Positions 60,287-64,000 of a stretch of DNA of 64,000 nucleotides are shown here, piece after piece. The notes under the pieces were generated by a model. It saw only the letters and a list, made by a program, of their open reading frames with translations, was not told the origin of the DNA and ran no database searches. The number at the start of each line of letters is the position of its first letter. The stretch's first letter is position 1. Source of the stretch: Coniocarpon cinnabarinum (taxonomy: Eukaryota); assembly GCA_051942205.1 (NCBI GenBank), contig JAVECO010000014.1:124001-188000 (forward strand). Direction: 5' to 3'. Made by a program: the position numbers and the translations under genes.

Positions 60287-61140
60287 ATGGCGCCCCTATC
60301 CAAGACCGCCGCTCCGGCGATCCGGACATGGACCCGTCATACACTCCCGTCGAACCTCTCCAAGACCGCGTCTCCCCTCGCGCTCGCCAAACCAGCCACA
60401 GCCGCCCTGACGCAAAGAAGATCACAGACGAATTCTGCAGATGCCGCTTTCGACTCGCCCTTTCACCGTAGTGGCGGCACCGCCCGCGCGACGACGGACG
60501 TTCCAAACTTCAGCAAGTACAAAAGTGAAAGAGGCGAGATGAGCAATCGTGTGTTTCAATACTTTATGGTTGGCACTTTTGGTGCTGTGACTGCGATGGG
60601 TGCGAAGGCAACGGTACAAGGTGTGTTTTGAATGCTTGGCAGGAAGAGACGACCGAGAGAGCCTCGAGAGCCTCGAGAGCCGGATGAACAAAGGAATGCT
60701 GATCGATATGATGTGTAGATTTTCTTGTTAACATGTCTGCTTCTGCCGACGTGCTCGCTCAAGCCAAAGTTGAGATCGACCTTTCCGCCATTCCCGAAGG
60801 CAAGAACGTCATCATCAAATGGCGAGGAAAGCCCGTCTTCATTCGACACCGAACGGAGGATGAGATCAAGGAAGCAGAAGACACCAAGTGGGAATCACTA
60901 CGAGATCCACAACCAGACTCGGACCGTGTGCAGAAGCCAGACTGGTTGATCATGCTGGGAGTGTGCACCCACTTGGGATGTGTGCCAATCGGAGAGGCTG
61001 GTGACTTTGGCGGATGGTTCTGTCCTTGTCATGGGAGCCATTACGATATCAGCGGACGTGTGAGGAAGGGTCCGGCCCCGTTAAATCTGGAAGTGCCAGG
61101 GTACACCTTTCCGAGTGAAGAGGCTGTTGTGATCGGTTGA
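60287..61140 (+). CDS. RIP1: Rieske iron-sulfur subunit of cytochrome bc1; intron 60621-60718
   Basis: Mitochondrial presequence; [15 protein letters not shown] and CPCHGS; GPAPLNL. Confidence 0.98.
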
Positions 61141-61598
61141 GTGTGATGTTTCAGACGTGAATGGGCGGGTATGAAGAGTTGAGACTGAGAATACAATTGC
61201 TATCTTAGCCGGGTTCTTTGGTCAAACGCATGACGATAGGAAAGCATGGTTGAAGAAGCTACTTGTTATTTCTTGCGGCTCGTGAGATTGTCGCGTTTCA
61301 GCGATTTCTATGTAGTCATTGTACAACATTCGCCTAAGCTTAGACGTCAGACTGGTCGTGACAGTTTCTTCACCCAGGTATTGGGCCTTCGACTGTTCTG
61401 GCGCACTCTCCTGTGCTGGGAGAGCCTCGACGGCTCTTGAGATGTAGTTGGACAAGCTATTTCTGTCACTCTCGCAGAGCCACTTGGGCCATTGGCTGTC
61501 AATTAGATGTGCTTGCCCGGGAGACACTTCTTTCTGTACCATTGATGTCGATTTCTACTATGGTTACGCATCCCTCCAGGCGCTGAGATTGGCAGCCC

Positions 61599-62507
61599 TC
61601 AGCCGGCATCCCCTTCCGCCTCGCCCGTGATATACTCACCAACGCCCCTCACTACCTCTTCCAATCGCTGCCTCTCGATCAGATACATCAGTCCCTTAGG
61701 TCTGATCCCGCTCTCTGCAAACGCCCTCGTCCGGTCTTCACTCCCCATCTCCTCATTATCATATGCGAACCCTCCCTGTGCCGTTGCAAAACTCAGCAAC
61801 ACCTCGTCCTCTGGGTGAAAGAACAGCATGTCACCATCCTTGCCATCCTTCTGCCGTTTATCCTTGCCCTTTCGCGCCTTCTTGCTCTTGCGTGAGGAAT
61901 CTTCGTCCGAGTCCGAGTCTAAGTCCATGCTTGGGAGGGTGGACACGACCTCGACATATGTCTTTGAAATGACGAGGAAGTGTGTGAAGTAATAGGGATC
62001 GTCAGCCGTCGCAGATGTTATTTCTTCATTGAGGAGACGCCATAGCGCGGGTGCGACGGCCGGCGGCATGTTAACGAGGCGTTCTGATAGTACCAATCCC
62101 ACTCTTTTCGTCTCTGTCATACCTTCTAATAACCTCTTTACATCCTGCAAACCAGCATCACATTTTCTGCGTAACCATTGTACAATCTGCTTCACACCGT
62201 CTTCGTTTCGTCGTTCCCACAGATCTACCACTGCGAGGAATGCAAATGGATCGTTTTCCTCGGCGGTGTGCTCTTCATCTTCGCATTTGACGCAGGTGCC
62301 GAGGACGGGTTGGTCGATGATGGCGTCGGCGATGTTGTGAAGAGGAAGAGAAGGGGCAGATGTGTGGAAGAGTTGTGTGAGGAGGGATTTGAGGCCGTGG
62401 TAGTCGGGTTCTGCGGGTGGGAAGAACTCGAAGTCGACGTTGATGAGGGAGTCTGTGTCCGATGAGTTGTCTTGGGCTGCAGGCTTCTGGTGTTTGCGTT
62501 TCGGCAT
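61599..62507 (-). CDS. BCP1: Bcp1/BCCIP protein
   Basis: INVDFEFF..DYHGLKSLLTQLF; GLVLSERLVNMPP; FFHPEDE. Confidence 0.93.
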   Translation of the reverse strand: MPKRKHQKPAAQDNSSDTDSLINVDFEFFPPAEPDYHGLKSLLTQLFHTSAPSLPLHNIADAIIDQPVLGTCVKCEDEEHTAEENDPFAFLAVVDLWERRNEDGVKQIVQWLRRKCDAGLQDVKRLLEGMTETKRVGLVLSERLVNMPPAVAPALWRLLNEEITSATADDPYYFTHFLVISKTYVEVVSTLPSMDLDSDSDEDSSRKSKKARKGKDKRQKDGKDGDMLFFHPEDEVLLSFATAQGGFAYDNEEMGSEDRTRAFAESGIRPKGLMYLIERQRLEEVVRGVGEYITGEAEGDAG

Positions 62508-62649
62508 GTTGCTAGAGCTGTGTTTTCGGTGCAGCAAATCAAGTGAAAGGCAGTCGAATAATTTGAAAAGGCTAAGTTGAGAGGTCGCCAAAAAAGTGTC
62601 TAGCAAGTCAGGCGAGGCAGAAAACTTTCGAAGAAGAAAAAGGGTCTGT

Positions 62650-63820
62650 TCAACAGCTATCTGAAGTGGTACTATAATACATTTCGATTTTCTGAATCTG
62701 CAAAACCGCAGTATCGGCCGGCGGTCCCACCGTCCACGCTTGATCTCCATCTGCCCAATTGTTCCAAATCCAAGGACCATCTTCTTTGGGAACGTACTCT
62801 GTCAACTTTCCCACGTTTTTGTCGTCGACAAAAAAATTTACGGCGTCCTCTGTCCAGTCTATACGATACTCGTGGGGCGTTGACGTCGCATCTGCTGGTA
62901 TCGGAGCGGTGGCATCCGCTGTGTTGTCACTCCCCTCTGCTTCGTGGTTTGTGAAGAAGAGTGATGTGTCTCCGCCGTCCGAATCTTGCTCCGCGGCGGC
63001 AGTGTTTGACACAGAAGTGGGATCGCTGAGGTATTCGATGTCAATCTCTTGGCCATTATCGCCACTGAAGAAGAAGAAGCCATTGCACACGCCCTTCGTG
63101 GATGTCAGAATGGCGGTGGTCCGCACAGAAGCGTATTTGATATGCTCTTCCACGGTTTGCATCATTGCTCCTCGAATGGGTGATTGGTTTTGTCCGCCAG
63201 GGACTGTCAGCATCGCCGCGCCATCCGTCACGTTTACCAACTCTGGATCGTATGTGCGAGAGTATTTGCCGTGTTCCCTTGGTTCAGATTCAGGTATCGA
63301 AGTGAGTTCCGATGGTAGCGCACTGAGCGTAGAGAAGTCATACACAACGTGCGTTGCGAAGCTTCCTACGCCAGAAATAGAGCTGCACCCTCCATTCGAT
63401 GTCGGCGTTCCCTTGGAACCTGAGCTTTGCGAAGCATCGGCCGCGTCGGCAGCCGCAGCAGCCTCAGGCTGCATCTGAGCTGCACTGGCAGACGTAGCAG
63501 GGGTACTTTTGGCTGAGCCGCACGTGCCGAAGTCTGATTGACAGCCATCTCCGCAGTAGTCATCGCCAGAGCCTATAAGAGTCAGTCGCTGCGGCAGAGG
63601 CAAGATGAAACCATTTAAAGGGCTCACCACAGTATCCAGCACCAGAGCAACAAGGGCCCCCACCAGGGCTATTCGGGTCACATGAAAAGCCGTTGCTTAA
63701 TCCACAGGTGTTCTGTAGAGAAGTTGCGCGCCCGTGCAAATTACGGTGATCCCGCCGAAGTGCGGTGGCGGAAAAGGCACACAACACTAATGTCAATAGA
63801 TGGCTCTTTTGCATCGCCAT
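62650..63820 (-). CDS. Secreted GH16 glycosidase/transglycosylase with N-terminal chitin-binding (CBM18-like) module; intron 63627-63573
   Basis: Signal peptide; CCSGAGYCG|SGDDYCGDGCQSDFGTC; catalytic EIDIE; HEYRIDW; IWNNW. Confidence 0.9.
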
Positions 63821-64000
63821 ATCTTCACTTGTCAGTACCCCCTGTTCTTGGGTCTCGGAAGACTTGAGCAGGACACGCGTGCAGCACAACGAGCTGGAAG
63901 GCCTGGAGACGTGGCCTGTGGCATTTTATCACAAACGCCAAGTCGGCCATGTTCGATTCTATCGCAAGCGGTCAAATGAAGGGGAATAAGCAACAGACCC

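Noticed and set aside
60654..60681. GAGAGCCTC tandem repeat
   Set aside because: Short minisatellite inside the RIP1 intron with no evidence of function.
62759..63478. 239 aa + strand ORF
   Set aside because: Antisense shadow of the GH16 gene.

Overview
This is eukaryotic DNA from a filamentous ascomycete (Pezizomycotina-type GT-AG introns with CTRAC/CTAAC branch points). The gene-dense backbone is recognisable: beta-carbonic anhydrase, protein kinase C, an SH3-domain membrane protein, a KRE2/MNT1 mannosyltransferase, a HIRAN-SNF2-RING helicase, VPS15, PAT1, a POA1-type macrodomain protein, a histone-fold Dpb3-like protein, a CLC channel, a Gfo/Idh/MocA oxidoreductase, a Nudix hydrolase, a GPI protein, GMP synthase, the Rieske Fe-S protein, BCP1 and a CBM18-GH16 enzyme. 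Two regions are not explained by these genes. (1) At 49.3-52.5 kb there is a tandem array of 10 paralogous spliceosomal-intron-like units, each GTGAGT...CTGAC-type branch point...YAG, separated by short divergent 54-86 nt spacers with no common reading frame. The units fold into a conserved multi-hairpin structure with compensatory base changes that sequesters its own 5' splice site. This is a candidate non-coding host transcript carrying an unnamed family of structured intronic RNAs, and it is the top finding. (2) At 25.7-30.4 kb there is a ~1.1 kb-period cassette array with conserved non-coding frames around small helical ORFs that do not align with each other by eye. A degenerate TIR-transposon relic lies at ~6.9-8.3 kb. 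All calls were made by eye; no database search or folding program was run.
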